A DNA stretch of 64,000 nucleotides from a virus (lineage: Duplodnaviria > Caudoviricetes). The first letter of the stretch is position 1. Each line of letters opens with the position of its first letter. Of this stretch, positions 9,801-20,763 are shown piece after piece. The notes below the pieces were generated by a model, which ran no database searches, had not been told where the DNA came from, and saw only the letters and a list, made by a program, of their open reading frames with translations. Both the position numbers and the translations under genes were made by a program. The DNA is taken from the IMG/VR virus record IMGVR_UViG_3300042940_001591, one strand, 5' to 3'.

Positions 9801-10834
9801 TCATTTGTGTCGAATTCAAATAACTGTGGTGCTGCTAAAAATCTAACAACTAAGTTAGATTTATAATCATCTATCTCGTCAGCTAAATCACTTAATTTTG
9901 AAATGTAATCATCAAAATCTAAACCTACAGTTTGTAAGTTCCATCCATCTAACGCTAACGGCCAATTAACTTCAACAGTAATAATATCTGTTGTTCCTCC
10001 ATCAGAACTATCTCTTGGTACTTTAAAACTTGCCTCGTATTTTGGATTGGTTTCTCTATTAAGTAAAAGTTCTTCTAAGTCATCTAAATTATTAAAGAAC
10101 TCTTCAGTTACCCCATTATTGGGTCTAATTAAAAAACTATTTGTAGTTCCTGTAACTCCACTAAATGGATTACCTGAAACCTTTAAAGTAATATTTGTAG
10201 TACTTGTTGGTTCGGAATATGATAATATATCATAAGTTGTTCCACTATAATCTACAACGTATTTTTTATATGTGGAATAAAAATTTCTAAAATTGTTACT
10301 TGTCTCACTAATCGTTAAACTTTGTGGTTCGTTAATAACAATATCAAATGGATTATATAAACTTGATTTTTCTATCTCAAACTGTGTTGTTTTTGATATT
10401 GTATCGTATGTGATGTTCTGTGCAGTATAATCTGAAATTCTAACAGGTATTGTACCATCAACATAAAGAGCTGCTGGAAACTTTTTTACAATTCTTGAAA
10501 TTGATACGTTTAATCTTTGTTTTAATGAACCGAATAAAGATTTACCGGCATCGTCAGTACTACCTTTGAATTTAATACTTTCTTTTTTCTCTGCAACACC
10601 GTCTTGTGTAGTTACAGCAGTTGTCTCTTCTTTTAATGAATCTAACGTTAAGAAATCCGAAAATGGTGACGTTTTAAAATTTTTACTATCTCTTTGTGGG
10701 ATAATTTTATCTAACGCAAAATTGGTATTGGTTAATTGACTGCTACCGTCGGTAATTTGTACACCGACTAAACTATCACTAAACGTTTGTAATCCATTCG
10801 CCGCTTGGCTTGGTACCTTTGTAAATTTTGCCAT
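6896..10834 (-). CDS. baseplate wedge-like protein (P2 gpI/T4 gp7-like core) with Thr-Pro linker and variable Cys-containing C-terminal modules
   Basis: [10 protein letters not shown]...[28 protein letters not shown] wedge signature; TP repeat near aa 800-910; 1312 aa. Confidence 0.7.
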   Translation of the reverse strand: MAKFTKVPSQAANGLQTFSDSLVGVQITDGSSQLTNTNFALDKIIPQRDSKNFKTSPFSDFLTLDSLKEETTAVTTQDGVAEKKESIKFKGSTDDAGKSLFGSLKQRLNVSISRIVKKFPAALYVDGTIPVRISDYTAQNITYDTISKTTQFEIEKSSLYNPFDIVINEPQSLTISETSNNFRNFYSTYKKYVVDYSGTTYDILSYSEPTSTTNITLKVSGNPFSGVTGTTNSFLIRPNNGVTEEFFNNLDDLEELLLNRETNPKYEASFKVPRDSSDGGTTDIITVEVNWPLALDGWNLQTVGLDFDDYISKLSDLADEIDDYKSNLVVRFLAAPQLFEFDTNDKKGETIFQLYGQSFDRVKKYIDNIANMRNVTYDGINNVPDLLLKNLSDNLGLDSHNLFNEQNIEDTLYTRQDSVYGGQSIGKNLIESEHEFYRRLLVNLSHIYKSKGTRNSIEFFLRFLGAPEPMIKINEYVYKVKSKLNDNVQNDVYNLIQGTKTEFVITGYNGTGFTENTITGTTNLTRDEYPVDTDGLPRKITNEKDDIFFQKGSGWYDLTLSHRSSDVLDESTSSGTTINGVFQLTGRTKTIKTKPKDYTYGEDYFNYFRILPGLEYGFELEPKIDNLKISVSDDEYDSKLILNRKNIGVYLSSAQCIEYDIYRQSRNLEISIGGITPQYTSGVTFEEFTKEVLNGFISTSESKYNKSYFTLEQVYNEYVKNTNFTPYTDVDLNAFITKMSPNWMKIIEQFIPATTLWTGGNLTENNLFNRSKHTYPRPRYAIPNDNSRDGLDYQCDDIMPLTPTPTPTQTKTQTPTPTQTKTPTPTPTLTVTPTATITATPTATITATPTATPTATATPAATQSQTPTQTPTATPAATQTQTPTSTPAATPAATQSQTPTPTTTPTPTILITYYELSECSPGTEYAFTTIIPNLGIGQRYVRPSDSVKFTYTGSYTTQREVPNTYNGNIQKTTYTGCTDPTPPPENRTAYVTAWTRDTVDLTTIKSEVCGVNEQQLALNLGYTQLNSGNLYVNETSITSGITYQLYTGNVTTDGTTPNGAGKWYAIKIQGTSGNFTMVASINSSGIIQDWTPCDTPVPSLSMTPTPTQTPVSTAPTYLTSRGARWECNSGTVYQYDIYENTNSNFTGNQFSNGTSGAQTFTSIDSMLTSAPSTSANWIDSGSPYCSTGIQYQLKIDNNPCSSTYNTTNAVVTGNNSTCWQMSDLYYLTCANAKSLTSPYQSFVLNGTYKYFLNGTTPTEWEDAGLAMQGEWFFNDQNGSHQRIFSNDGTIQNTDTAECVVGGGGGGDPLPGG
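8110..8435 (-). repeat. Thr-Pro/Thr-Ala-Pro low-complexity coding repeat
   Basis: Degenerate GTTGGTGT/GTTGGCGT units encoding [24 protein letters not shown]. Confidence 0.9.
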
Positions 10835-11760
10835 TATTCGGTAATGTTGTCAAAGTCTAAACTTTCATCAATGATTTCTCTCTCTTCTCTAACCTCATAC
10901 ATTGTTTCATTGAATTCGTCTTTAACTTCAAACAAGTTATATTGTTTGTATATTGCGTTATTGTTATTATTATCATAGATGGTGTAGATACCCGGAGTAA
11001 TCGCCTTCGTTTGATTACCGTAAAGAGCGTGAGCCAATGTACTTGCATCGTGTTCTACCATTTCTATTTCAAGTGTAGTTGGGTTAAAAAATGTATTTGT
11101 TAAAATAATGTTTTGTCCTGGTTGTCCAATAAATGGAACCACGTTTGGTCTACTTGATGGTGATGACGATGGTGTTATTGTTAAAAAAACCAAATTTGAT
11201 GTTTGGTCTGTATATTGATAACGTATTGCTTTGTCCGTTGAATTAGACAAATTTGACACTATTGGTTGACAATAAAATGAAGATGTAACAACTCTATAAA
11301 AGTTTGGTATTTTTTGAAAAGTACCATTTGTATTAATATACTCAATTCTATATCCAACTAAACCTTGTGGTGTAAATCTATTTCTATATGCAGCAGGTAC
11401 GTTATTTAAATCAATAACTAAACCCCTTACAGATGGTAATGACGCTAAAACTCCACAATCTGTAATTGATGTTCTAATTTGTTTTGGTCTAAGATGTAAT
11501 GTGTAAACACCAAGTTCTGAGAATTTCTCAGATGTTAACTTCAAATTGTATAAACCTCCCAAGATTTCATTTCCTTGTACATTAGAATCGTCAACAGTAT
11601 TCTGATTATGATATACCGGTGTTAAAACGTCCTCAGCATTTAATCTTGTCAAGGTAATTGGTGCTGTGGTTGTTCTACCAGAAGTATAATGATATAAAAT
11701 CTCAACATCTTCTGGTGATACATCTGCGGGTCTTACAATACCATAACTTCCTACTGCCAT
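10834..11760 (-). CDS. putative virion structural protein
   Basis: 308-aa ORF, TAATG-coupled to the next gene, preceded by TATTTATA at 11779-11772. Confidence 0.6.
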   Translation of the reverse strand: MAVGSYGIVRPADVSPEDVEILYHYTSGRTTTAPITLTRLNAEDVLTPVYHNQNTVDDSNVQGNEILGGLYNLKLTSEKFSELGVYTLHLRPKQIRTSITDCGVLASLPSVRGLVIDLNNVPAAYRNRFTPQGLVGYRIEYINTNGTFQKIPNFYRVVTSSFYCQPIVSNLSNSTDKAIRYQYTDQTSNLVFLTITPSSSPSSRPNVVPFIGQPGQNIILTNTFFNPTTLEIEMVEHDASTLAHALYGNQTKAITPGIYTIYDNNNNNAIYKQYNLFEVKDEFNETMYEVREEREIIDESLDFDNITE

Positions 11761-11771
11761 ATCTTTTTATT

Positions 11772-11779
11772 TATAAATA
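11772..11779 (-). promoter_or_regulatory. TATTTATA putative late-promoter motif
   Basis: Exact octamer 11 nt upstream of ATG 11760. Confidence 0.5.
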
Positions 11780-11785
11780 TAATTT

Positions 11786-12466
11786 TTATTGTTTTTTCAC
11801 TTTAAAATACCCACCACTATACACACTTAGTTCTCCCATGTTATCAACTTCACCTAATCTTAGGTTCACTTCCATCACTCCTTGTTTACCTCTTTCAACA
11901 AAAACATCAGAATAAACGGTTGGTTGTTCCACAAATCCCAAGAAATGTTCGTTTCTCGTTAATATAGAGTCATATATCGTTTCTTTAGTAAATCCCGAAG
12001 TATTTCCTGTTATCATCGTATAACCGTCCTCATAGTCCCTATAATAAAGATGTTGTGAACCCATTGTTTGCCCCGTATATGTAAATGTATAATCTTTGTA
12101 TTTTAACCCTTCATTTGTTGTACCCGTAGTTACTCCAACATATTCGGTTGACCCATATTTTCTTTTTTCTTCAATTCTACTTCCACCAACCGCTAAAAAC
12201 GTTGTTCCGGTATAACCTGTAATTACACTTATTACCGTCCCGTTTGTTGTATAACCCGTAGTGGTACCAGATGGTAAATGTTGTTCATATGGATATGGTG
12301 TGATTGGTGACTGTCCCAAAGTGGTATTATCGTGTTGATAATAACCCGAATCTCTAAAATCTAAAAAACTTTGTGTTACCGAATCGATAGATGAATACGT
12401 ACCATCTTCCAAAAGGAATGATGGGATAACGAATGACATTGTTGCAAAACTACCGAAATTTGACAT
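11786..12466 (-). CDS. putative virion structural protein (possibly the C-terminal half of a split gene)
   Basis: 226 aa, Thr/Gly-rich, ends VFVERGKQGVMEVNLRLGEVDNMGELSVYSGGYFKVKKQ. Confidence 0.6.
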   Translation of the reverse strand: MSNFGSFATMSFVIPSFLLEDGTYSSIDSVTQSFLDFRDSGYYQHDNTTLGQSPITPYPYEQHLPSGTTTGYTTNGTVISVITGYTGTTFLAVGGSRIEEKRKYGSTEYVGVTTGTTNEGLKYKDYTFTYTGQTMGSQHLYYRDYEDGYTMITGNTSGFTKETIYDSILTRNEHFLGFVEQPTVYSDVFVERGKQGVMEVNLRLGEVDNMGELSVYSGGYFKVKKQ

Positions 12467-12545
12467 AATTTAAATTGTACACTAGTAAATATCTTTACTA
12501 TGTATTTGGTACAATATAAACAATTAATTACTTTTAATAAATGAA

Positions 12546-13154
12546 TTATTCTACGAACCAATAAAAATTAACATCTCTTGATAATCCTGATGGGGTATAT
12601 GTCAATCTATACGCTGAGGTGTTAATTGACTGGTCTGGTGTATAAGTACTTCTTGTCATCCCGAACATTTGTAAAGTTGTAGACCCTATAATACGAGCAC
12701 CTAAAGTACCAGCTAAAAAAGCTCCTGTACTGAGTCCACCTGATGTTGATACGTGTGTAACTGTAAAATCTGTCTCACTTATAAAAGAATAAACATCCGT
12801 CTCCCCAATTATTACTTCATAACTACCACCTCCACCATCACGTCCACCAGCCGCGATAAAAGTTTCAGGTGATGCTCCATATGTGGTGGCTTCTATTGGG
12901 CCTGGTCTATATGATTGTAAAGCCTCTATTGATATATTAATATCCGCCGAGCTACTACAAACACCAGTACTTGTTACTCTAATTGTAACATCTCCCGGAT
13001 TAACCGTAACATTATATCCACTTATTAATGATGCTCTAGAAACACTTGTTGCGTACTGAGTACTTGTACCCAAATGATCAATAATTGCCACTGTAAAATT
13101 ATTTGCTGCCGTTGCCAAATTTAATCCCGTTCCTGTTACTGTTACTACTGCCAT
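12546..13154 (-). CDS. hypothetical beta-rich protein (putative virion appendage)
   Basis: 202 aa; N-terminal module YATSVSRASLISGYNVTVNPGDVTIRVTSTGVC similar in pattern to the N-terminus of the 905-aa protein. Confidence 0.65.
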   Translation of the reverse strand: MAVVTVTGTGLNLATAANNFTVAIIDHLGTSTQYATSVSRASLISGYNVTVNPGDVTIRVTSTGVCSSSADINISIEALQSYRPGPIEATTYGASPETFIAAGGRDGGGGSYEVIIGETDVYSFISETDFTVTHVSTSGGLSTGAFLAGTLGARIIGSTTLQMFGMTRSTYTPDQSINTSAYRLTYTPSGLSRDVNFYWFVE

Positions 13155-13158
13155 ATTC

Positions 13159-13166
13159 TATAAATA
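13159..13166 (-). promoter_or_regulatory. TATTTATA putative late-promoter motif
   Basis: Exact octamer 4 nt upstream of ATG 13154. Confidence 0.55.
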
Positions 13167-13199
13167 TTTGTTTTTTTTTTGTTTTATTCTTTTTTTTAA

Positions 13200-16100
13200 T
13201 TAGTTAATTTCTTCCAAATCACTACAGTTCATTAAACCTAACGATGCACACGGTGAAGTGTAATCACTACAAAATCCACCAGGTTCAGCTTTACACGAAT
13301 AAGTAGTAGTACCTCCACCACCTCCACCAGTTGGTGCTACATAAGGGTCGTTACCTCCACACCATTGGCTATTATCACATTTTCCACCTATTCCAATTAC
13401 CATTCCAACATCTTCAACAAATTGGAATCCAGAAACACCATATCTAAATGATACCGATATGGTACTACAAATGTTAATTAATATACCTCCACCTGGACCA
13501 ACAGCTTGTTCGAAATCACCATAAGGTCGAGTAACGTATGTATTATCAGTTTTTCTATATTCAATATATAAGTCTTGACCATTATTCGTTAACATACTTG
13601 TTGGGATGTAAATACTATAACAATTTCCTATACAAGCAGTAGTACCAACCACTCCACTAGTTGTAACACAACCATTAGCATCGGTAACTTCAAGACAGTA
13701 TCCATATTCATCAATACTACTAACAGAAACAGATGGTGACCCTGAAGTTACACCTGTATATGTTCCAACTAAAGTTCCTCCACAGGTATTATAAGGTGCT
13801 GACGTGTCAGCATATAATCTATATGTTTTAGGGAATACTCCTCCAGATGACGACAATGTAATTGCACCATCCGCGGTTCCGTTACAAGTTGCAAATGTAT
13901 CAACCGTAATAGTTGCAGTTTGTTCTGCAGGTTGAGTAATTACTATTGTTGTAATAACATTTACACAACCAGCTCCGTCTTTAACGTATATTGAATATGT
14001 CCCGATACTTAAATTACTGAACAAACCGCTTGATTGGTAATTTTCTCCGTCTCTTGAATAGGTATATCCAGAACCACTTCCACCTGATGGACTTGATACG
14101 GTAATTGAACCGTTAGATCCACCATAACAACTTACATTAGCGGCTAATGTATTTGCGGTAGGTGCGGATTTAGATAATGTTACACTGTTAGAAAATGCAA
14201 CACATCCACCATCTGAAACCATTACCGAATATGTTCCGGTTGGTTTATCTGAGAATGTACCACTTGCCTGTGGACTTCCATAACTTATACCATCGGTACT
14301 AATATAATATGTAAGACTTGCAACGCCGCCAGATGCTGTGGCAACAACTGAACCTGTATTACCTGTCCAACATGTTGGGTGATTTCCCACCGCCAACGAT
14401 ACCGTTATTTGTCCTGGTTGTGTCACCGTTACTGAATACCAATCACTTTCACAACCTTGACCGTCTTTTATTTTGTAATAATAGGTTCCTGCTGGTTTAC
14501 TACCGTATGACCTACTTGTTGTGGTCTCTTGATAAGATCCTCCTGATTGTGTATTAACATCACTAAGTTTAATCGAATATGGTCCTCCTTGTCCTCCACC
14601 CATGGAAGAAATAACAATAGTTCCTGATGAATTACCATAACAATCAACATTAGTAACACTAGTCGATGCTGATGGTTGACTTCTAGCTAAATCAATTCCA
14701 AAAACAGATGAAATACAACTTGGTGTGTTTCTATCTCTTATTTTAGCATAATAATATCCACTAGATAAACTATTAAATGTTGCACTTGTTTGCCATGTTC
14801 TACTAGCATTAGCCGTATCGACATTTAATGAAATTGAATAATCGTATAAACCTGAACTACCAGACCCAGACAATATTATTTGTCCTGTTGTACCTGTCCA
14901 ACATGTTGGTATAGTTGTTGAAGATGTTGTTACACTAAGTTGTGATGGTTGTGTTACGGTTGCATTTGTGCTACCAACTTCACCATATGTATCTTTTGCA
15001 TATATATCATAACTACCAGCGGTTAAATTGGAAAATGTTGCACTAGCTTGGTAATTTGTTCCGTCTTTAGAATATGTATAATTTGCGGTACCTCCAGCAA
15101 CGCTACTTACAACAATTGAACCCGTACTACCATAACATGTTGCGTTAGTGACTGACAATGATGGTGTAATTGTTACGTCGGTAATTGATATTGTTATTGT
15201 TTTATCAAATGTTAAACTTGTACTATCAGTTACTCGTACTCTAATATAATATATCGCCTGTGCTTCGTAGTTAAACACTGCAGCACTTTTTAATACTCCC
15301 GATGTAATTGTGAAACTACTATTATCAGGATAATTTACAGTATCGTGTAATGCAAATGTCATTACACCACCTTCAGGGTCTGTAGCTGAGAATGTACCGA
15401 TTGTTGTACCTGTTGGTACATTTTCGGATATTGACGCTGAACTTATTGAGATATCGGTTGGTGCCTCGTTTACGTTTGTAACTGTGATTGTAAATGTTGC
15501 TTCGTGATATAATCCACCTGCATCTGTTGTTCTAACTCTAATTGAATATGTTGATGGTGATTTAGCCTCATAGTTAAACACAGATGTATTTCTTAAATTC
15601 GCACCACTAATATTAAATGATGCATTATCTGTGTCGCCAGTACCTGCAACTAAACTATATGTAAATGTATCTCCACTATCCACATCCGATGTTGAGAATG
15701 TGCCTATTGTTGTATTTGATGCCGTATTTTCAGCTTGTGATGTATTACTTAATAATAATGCATATGGTGTTTCATTAACATTATTTATAGTAATTGTAAA
15801 TTGTTTTTCAGTATATTGTCCAATGCTATCCGTACTTCTAACTCTAATTAAGTATGAAGTTTTTGATTCGTAGTTTGGTATAAATCCATTTTTTAACGAT
15901 GAACCTGTTATTGTAAAACTACCATTGTTATCATCTCCTGTGCCCGCAACTAATGTATAAGTGTATGTATCACCCGGATCAAGACTTGTTGAACTAAATG
16001 TACCTATGGTTGTACCTGTTGCAGTATTTTCATTTATTGAACTATTACTTAATGAAATATCCGTTGGTGGGTAGTTTGGTGTTGCGGAAGGTGTTGGAGT

Positions 16101-19100
16101 TGGGGTTGGTGTTAGTACTTGAACCGATAAACCAAATTCGCAGACGGTTGTTGGTGTCGGCGTTTGAGTTTGAGTAACTGTTGGTGTAACTGTATTTGTT
16201 GGTGTTACAGATGGAGTTATAGTTGGTGTAACCGTATTGGTAGGTGTTGGAGTTGGAGTTGGGGTTAATACAACCACTGATAAACCAAATTCACAAATAG
16301 TTGTTGGTGTTGGTGTTTGAGTAGGTGTTAATGATGGAGTAACAGTATTAGTAGGTGTAACGCTAGGTGTAACAGTATTTGTTGGTGTAACGGTGGTTGT
16401 TGGTGTTGGTGTTGGTGTTAACACAATTACAGATAATCCAAATTCACAAACTGTTGTTGGTGTTGGCGTTTGAGTAGGTGTTAATGTTGGTGTGACTGTA
16501 TTTGTTGGAGTAACTGTAGGTGTAACCGTATTGGTTGGTGTTGGAGTAACGGTTGATGTTACAGTTGGGGTTGGTGTAGGTGTTGGTAATAAGTAACAAT
16601 CTCCAGTTTCTAAAATTCTAATATTTGCAACAGGATAATAATTAACTTCGTCCTGTGAACCTTTTAAAGATTTATATGCAATTGGTTCATTTATTATGTA
16701 TATACCTTCGGTAACGTTTGAATAAATTGTATCAACAATTCCCGTACTTATGTTATATTCATCATATTGTACAAAACCATATGAATCAACAATGTATGTT
16801 GTTCCACTATAATATTCACATGGGGTAACACCCGCGCTTTGTGCAAATGATCCTTGTTCAAATGTTGTTTTATTATATGGGTTTGGTGAATCCCAACTTG
16901 TAATATTAACACTTGTAATTGTTCCTCCTGTATATGGAATATTTAATTGGACGAATTTAGTTGTTTCATTTGGTTCAATTGTAACGTTTTTTGTTGTAAA
17001 TAAAACGGTACTTCCCGTGTAAATGTTTACAGTAAATGTAATCCCAACATATGTTGGTGATACATTTCCATTAGAATCAAAAACGTTAAAATTTAAACCA
17101 TTATCATCATTATCTAAATCAGAAACTTCTTCTACATTAATAAAAAGTGTTTGTGGTTTATAATATGTAAATACATTACTATCAAAAGGATAAACTTCTC
17201 TGTATGAGGATTCATTTGCCTCACTATATGTTGTTGCAGTTAAGTTGTTATCATAAATATAAAAACCGTCAGGATTTGTTCTATTTTTTATTATACCTTT
17301 ATTAATCGTATCACCAGTATAAAATAAATTTGTGTTCCAGTTTGTTATAAGACCGTCAAAATCATTTCCAAATGATAATGATAAATCACTTGGGTTATAT
17401 GAGTCTATAAACCAAGCACTTGTATAATCAAAATCATCACCATTCAAATTATAAGTTCCACCATTTAATTGTGATGTTAAAGAATTTGTTCCTGAAAAAA
17501 TATCAGTAACAATACCATATTGAACTTTATAAAATACTAAATTATTCTTTTTATAATCTCTATAATATCCATTTAATGCTGATAGTTTACCATCAACATC
17601 ATAATATAATTTTTTATTTATTGTTATACCTAAAGAATCTGAATTATCATACCAAAGTGAAAAATAATTTGGTGACGTTTCCAATTTTAATTCATGTGTA
17701 AAATATGTTTCAATATTAATTACGCCTGGTTTTTTCTCTGCAGATATTGTATTTGTACTTAATGAAGTTGTTAAACTATCAAGATAAGCCTGTGCTTGAT
17801 TATCAGCATCTTGCTGTGATACCATTGATACGATATATCCCTCAGGGAGTGAATATGATAATGGTACAGGATTATTTAATTCACCAATTGTTGTTGAGTC
17901 TTGTCCGTCGCCAATTAACGAAATTGCACTACTACTATATAGTGTTGGATTGGTTGAGTATTTTTCAGGGAAACCAAAAACATAAGATAGAAAGAATAAT
18001 CTATGTACGTCGGTAATATATTCTCTTTTTGTTACATCATTTAGAATATCAACTTCATTATATGTTTTAATTCCGTCAACATATTTGTATGACAATTTTC
18101 TAATTGTTGATAACCCTGTTGTTGATTCATTCGGTACAAAATAGATATATCCACCATCTGAATAGTACCCACTTATAATTCCAGTTAAATCATCATATAA
18201 TTTAATAACAGAATCATCATCATTTAAGAAAGGTCTATTTGAATATCGTTTTCTAAAATATTTTGGTTTTTGTACAAATAATTTTTGTTGTGGAATTATT
18301 AAATAAACAAGTGCGGCAAAAACTAAAAGAGGCCAAATAAATCTAATTAACGTTACTGCAATTTTATTCCACACTCCACTTAATCCATTTGAAATTAGAG
18401 CCGTATTTGTGGCATCTGTAAAAAGACCTAAAGTATGAGTTTCAAAGTAATTAGCCGCAAGACCTCCTCCACCAGCCCACAATTTGAACTTATTGTCTGG
18501 CATGTATTTTTTCAAATCTGGTATGTTACTTCCACCAACATACCCTCTAGTCATGTAATTCACACAATGTTCAAATCCTGTGGCAGGTATGTGTCTTTCA
18601 TTTCCAAAATCATAAGTTGTAAATGTGTTATTATTAACATCATACTCATTTGATGTTAATCCGCTCCAACCTAACAAATATGAATAAACAGATGGTTGTA
18701 ATAAATCCGCACCATTTATTATTTTATTTAGAGTTCCAACACCAACCATTGTGGGTTGTACGTCTGCAGGTACATATCTTCTTCTTATGTCGAATGTGTA
18801 ATCCGCAGGTGGATTTGTAAAAAATTCTCTAAAGTTGGTCATTGCCTTATTTTCAGGTCCATCTATAACTTCATTAGTATGTCTTGGTCCGAATAACCAT
18901 TTTGTAACAACGTAATTTACTTGTACCCCAAAATCTCTTTTTAATAAATTACCTACTTGATAGACTTTATTCGTTGGTGAAGTCCTTACACTATCTCCAT
19001 AAAAATATGGTAAAGCTGGTGTTGCCAATAAGTCATCCATCCAAATGTAATTACCTTTTACAGAATAATTATTCGTTGAACCTGACCATTGTGATATTGG

Positions 19101-20444
19101 TATCTTAGACCAAATTTTAGTAACAAATGTTGGATTATGATACGCGTCATATGGTGAGTAGGGATTTACACCCATATCATAACCATATATCTCATTACCG
19201 CAACCAATTGTAACTTTCACATTAGTTGTGCCTCCATTGAATGATTTATTTTGACCCACAGCCAATCTAAGATTAACCATTCCACTTTTTGTAACAACAT
19301 AAAATGTTTTAGAGGTGTTAAAATTTCTTGGTCCAATTTTTATAAAAGCACCTTCACCAAGTTTATATCTTACTTTTATTAAACTATAAGGTGTTACAAC
19401 ATTATATGCGCCAGAATTTCCAGAATTATATGAATATGAAACTTCACCAATTTGACCACCATATAATCCATCAGTTATTAATAATGATACATCTTCAGCA
19501 CTATCTGTGGCGGTAACTGTTACAGGTACTATTCTATTTTGAGTTGCAGTACCCGCTAATACATTCTTAATTGCGTATTTTAATCCATTTGGTTTAATAC
19601 CTTCCGTTCCGGGTATAAAAGGGGTACTTTCAGTATAATCACTTAAATTAAACGGTATTGTTAATTCCCCTGTACCGCAACCATAACCGTCACCAAAACA
19701 GTTACCTAAATATTCAAATTTGTGTGTTGTTGAATTATAACTATATTTTGTTCTATTATTTAAATCTCCAATACTTAATGTTAAAGTTTCATTACTGCTA
19801 ATTTCAGTTTGTAAATATGGATCAACGTACCATGGTCCAACTGTAAATGGTGTATAATCGGTAATGTTTTTATTCACTAAACCAACAATTGGTGAATTAG
19901 GTAATTTTTCTCTATAATATGTAACTATTTGTGGGCAAGTTGAACAATGTTGGGTTGACGATGTAAACCCTCTACAAAATTCAGCAAAAATTAATGATGG
20001 GTTACAATCTAATTCTACGTTGATCGCTCCACTTGTTCCATCGGACGTAATAACATCTAACATAATAAAACCATTATCTTCGATATTTGCATCCATCAAA
20101 AATTGGTGATATTTTATTGTTTGTGTAGATATATTACCTAAATCATATTCATCTAATATTCTTAGAACTCCGTCTACTTTGTATTTTACTCTTACTTTAA
20201 CTTTTGTTGACCCAATATTTGGAGATATTGGTGTGAATATAAATTTTAAAAGTTTTAATACTTTTGGTATTTTAAAAACATATGTTAGTTTTAAGTCAGA
20301 TAATTGTGATCTTAATAAATAAAATGAAAGTCCACTATGTGTACCGTTTCCGGACCATGTTAAACTTTTGGTGACACCACATTCGTGTGATAGATTATCT
20401 GGTGCCTCCCCCGCTACTGTACAATTTATTTCAAATGAACTCAT
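13200..20444 (-). CDS. giant adhesin-like protein: unknown N-terminal half, Thr-Pro linkers, 3 cadherin-like repeats, about 6 SprB-like repeats
   Basis: 2414 aa; [14 protein letters not shown]...NYE...IRVRSTD...TITINNVNE x3 (cadherin signature); [12 protein letters not shown]...YTYSKDG...[15 protein letters not shown]...TVTQP-type repeats. Confidence 0.85.
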   Translation of the reverse strand: MSSFEINCTVAGEAPDNLSHECGVTKSLTWSGNGTHSGLSFYLLRSQLSDLKLTYVFKIPKVLKLLKFIFTPISPNIGSTKVKVRVKYKVDGVLRILDEYDLGNISTQTIKYHQFLMDANIEDNGFIMLDVITSDGTSGAINVELDCNPSLIFAEFCRGFTSSTQHCSTCPQIVTYYREKLPNSPIVGLVNKNITDYTPFTVGPWYVDPYLQTEISSNETLTLSIGDLNNRTKYSYNSTTHKFEYLGNCFGDGYGCGTGELTIPFNLSDYTESTPFIPGTEGIKPNGLKYAIKNVLAGTATQNRIVPVTVTATDSAEDVSLLITDGLYGGQIGEVSYSYNSGNSGAYNVVTPYSLIKVRYKLGEGAFIKIGPRNFNTSKTFYVVTKSGMVNLRLAVGQNKSFNGGTTNVKVTIGCGNEIYGYDMGVNPYSPYDAYHNPTFVTKIWSKIPISQWSGSTNNYSVKGNYIWMDDLLATPALPYFYGDSVRTSPTNKVYQVGNLLKRDFGVQVNYVVTKWLFGPRHTNEVIDGPENKAMTNFREFFTNPPADYTFDIRRRYVPADVQPTMVGVGTLNKIINGADLLQPSVYSYLLGWSGLTSNEYDVNNNTFTTYDFGNERHIPATGFEHCVNYMTRGYVGGSNIPDLKKYMPDNKFKLWAGGGGLAANYFETHTLGLFTDATNTALISNGLSGVWNKIAVTLIRFIWPLLVFAALVYLIIPQQKLFVQKPKYFRKRYSNRPFLNDDDSVIKLYDDLTGIISGYYSDGGYIYFVPNESTTGLSTIRKLSYKYVDGIKTYNEVDILNDVTKREYITDVHRLFFLSYVFGFPEKYSTNPTLYSSSAISLIGDGQDSTTIGELNNPVPLSYSLPEGYIVSMVSQQDADNQAQAYLDSLTTSLSTNTISAEKKPGVINIETYFTHELKLETSPNYFSLWYDNSDSLGITINKKLYYDVDGKLSALNGYYRDYKKNNLVFYKVQYGIVTDIFSGTNSLTSQLNGGTYNLNGDDFDYTSAWFIDSYNPSDLSLSFGNDFDGLITNWNTNLFYTGDTINKGIIKNRTNPDGFYIYDNNLTATTYSEANESSYREVYPFDSNVFTYYKPQTLFINVEEVSDLDNDDNGLNFNVFDSNGNVSPTYVGITFTVNIYTGSTVLFTTKNVTIEPNETTKFVQLNIPYTGGTITSVNITSWDSPNPYNKTTFEQGSFAQSAGVTPCEYYSGTTYIVDSYGFVQYDEYNISTGIVDTIYSNVTEGIYIINEPIAYKSLKGSQDEVNYYPVANIRILETGDCYLLPTPTPTPTVTSTVTPTPTNTVTPTVTPTNTVTPTLTPTQTPTPTTVCEFGLSVIVLTPTPTPTTTVTPTNTVTPSVTPTNTVTPSLTPTQTPTPTTICEFGLSVVVLTPTPTPTPTNTVTPTITPSVTPTNTVTPTVTQTQTPTPTTVCEFGLSVQVLTPTPTPTPSATPNYPPTDISLSNSSINENTATGTTIGTFSSTSLDPGDTYTYTLVAGTGDDNNGSFTITGSSLKNGFIPNYESKTSYLIRVRSTDSIGQYTEKQFTITINNVNETPYALLLSNTSQAENTASNTTIGTFSTSDVDSGDTFTYSLVAGTGDTDNASFNISGANLRNTSVFNYEAKSPSTYSIRVRTTDAGGLYHEATFTITVTNVNEAPTDISISSASISENVPTGTTIGTFSATDPEGGVMTFALHDTVNYPDNSSFTITSGVLKSAAVFNYEAQAIYYIRVRVTDSTSLTFDKTITISITDVTITPSLSVTNATCYGSTGSIVVSSVAGGTANYTYSKDGTNYQASATFSNLTAGSYDIYAKDTYGEVGSTNATVTQPSQLSVTTSSTTIPTCWTGTTGQIILSGSGSSGLYDYSISLNVDTANASRTWQTSATFNSLSSGYYYAKIRDRNTPSCISSVFGIDLARSQPSASTSVTNVDCYGNSSGTIVISSMGGGQGGPYSIKLSDVNTQSGGSYQETTTSRSYGSKPAGTYYYKIKDGQGCESDWYSVTVTQPGQITVSLAVGNHPTCWTGNTGSVVATASGGVASLTYYISTDGISYGSPQASGTFSDKPTGTYSVMVSDGGCVAFSNSVTLSKSAPTANTLAANVSCYGGSNGSITVSSPSGGSGSGYTYSRDGENYQSSGLFSNLSIGTYSIYVKDGAGCVNVITTIVITQPAEQTATITVDTFATCNGTADGAITLSSSGGVFPKTYRLYADTSAPYNTCGGTLVGTYTGVTSGSPSVSVSSIDEYGYCLEVTDANGCVTTSGVVGTTACIGNCYSIYIPTSMLTNNGQDLYIEYRKTDNTYVTRPYGDFEQAVGPGGGILINICSTISVSFRYGVSGFQFVEDVGMVIGIGGKCDNSQWCGGNDPYVAPTGGGGGGTTTYSCKAEPGGFCSDYTSPCASLGLMNCSDLEEIN
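16080..16585 (-). repeat. three about 150-bp diverged units encoding TP-rich linker ending in CEFGLSV
   Basis: PTQTPTPTT(V/I)CEFGLSV occurs three times (near 16115-16170, 16265-16325, 16420-16475). Confidence 0.85.
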
Positions 20445-20459
20445 CTACTATAATTACTT

Positions 20460-20750
20460 TTAACTTGTTTTTAGTCCGTAAATTGGTGAATTTAATCCGG
20501 GAGTATGTTTTATTTTTATTGTCTCATTAATAATACCACTATTTGACGACTTTAGGTATGTTTTATTAAAACGTTCTTCTTTTGTTGAATAATTGAAAAC
20601 GCTAACAGTAGTATCTAAAGATTGGCTAGGTGTTATGAAAAGATTAATACTATATGTACCTTCAATATCAGACACATTAAACCAAATTATTTTATCTACC
20701 TTATTAAAATTGTTCGATATTTCAGGAACTTTTAATGTTGTTATTGCCAT
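20460..20750 (-). CDS. hypothetical protein
   Basis: 96-aa ORF filling the gap between two large genes on the same strand. Confidence 0.6.
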   Translation of the reverse strand: MAITTLKVPEISNNFNKVDKIIWFNVSDIEGTYSINLFITPSQSLDTTVSVFNYSTKEERFNKTYLKSSNSGIINETIKIKHTPGLNSPIYGLKTS

Positions 20751-20763
20751 TTTTCAGTTAATT

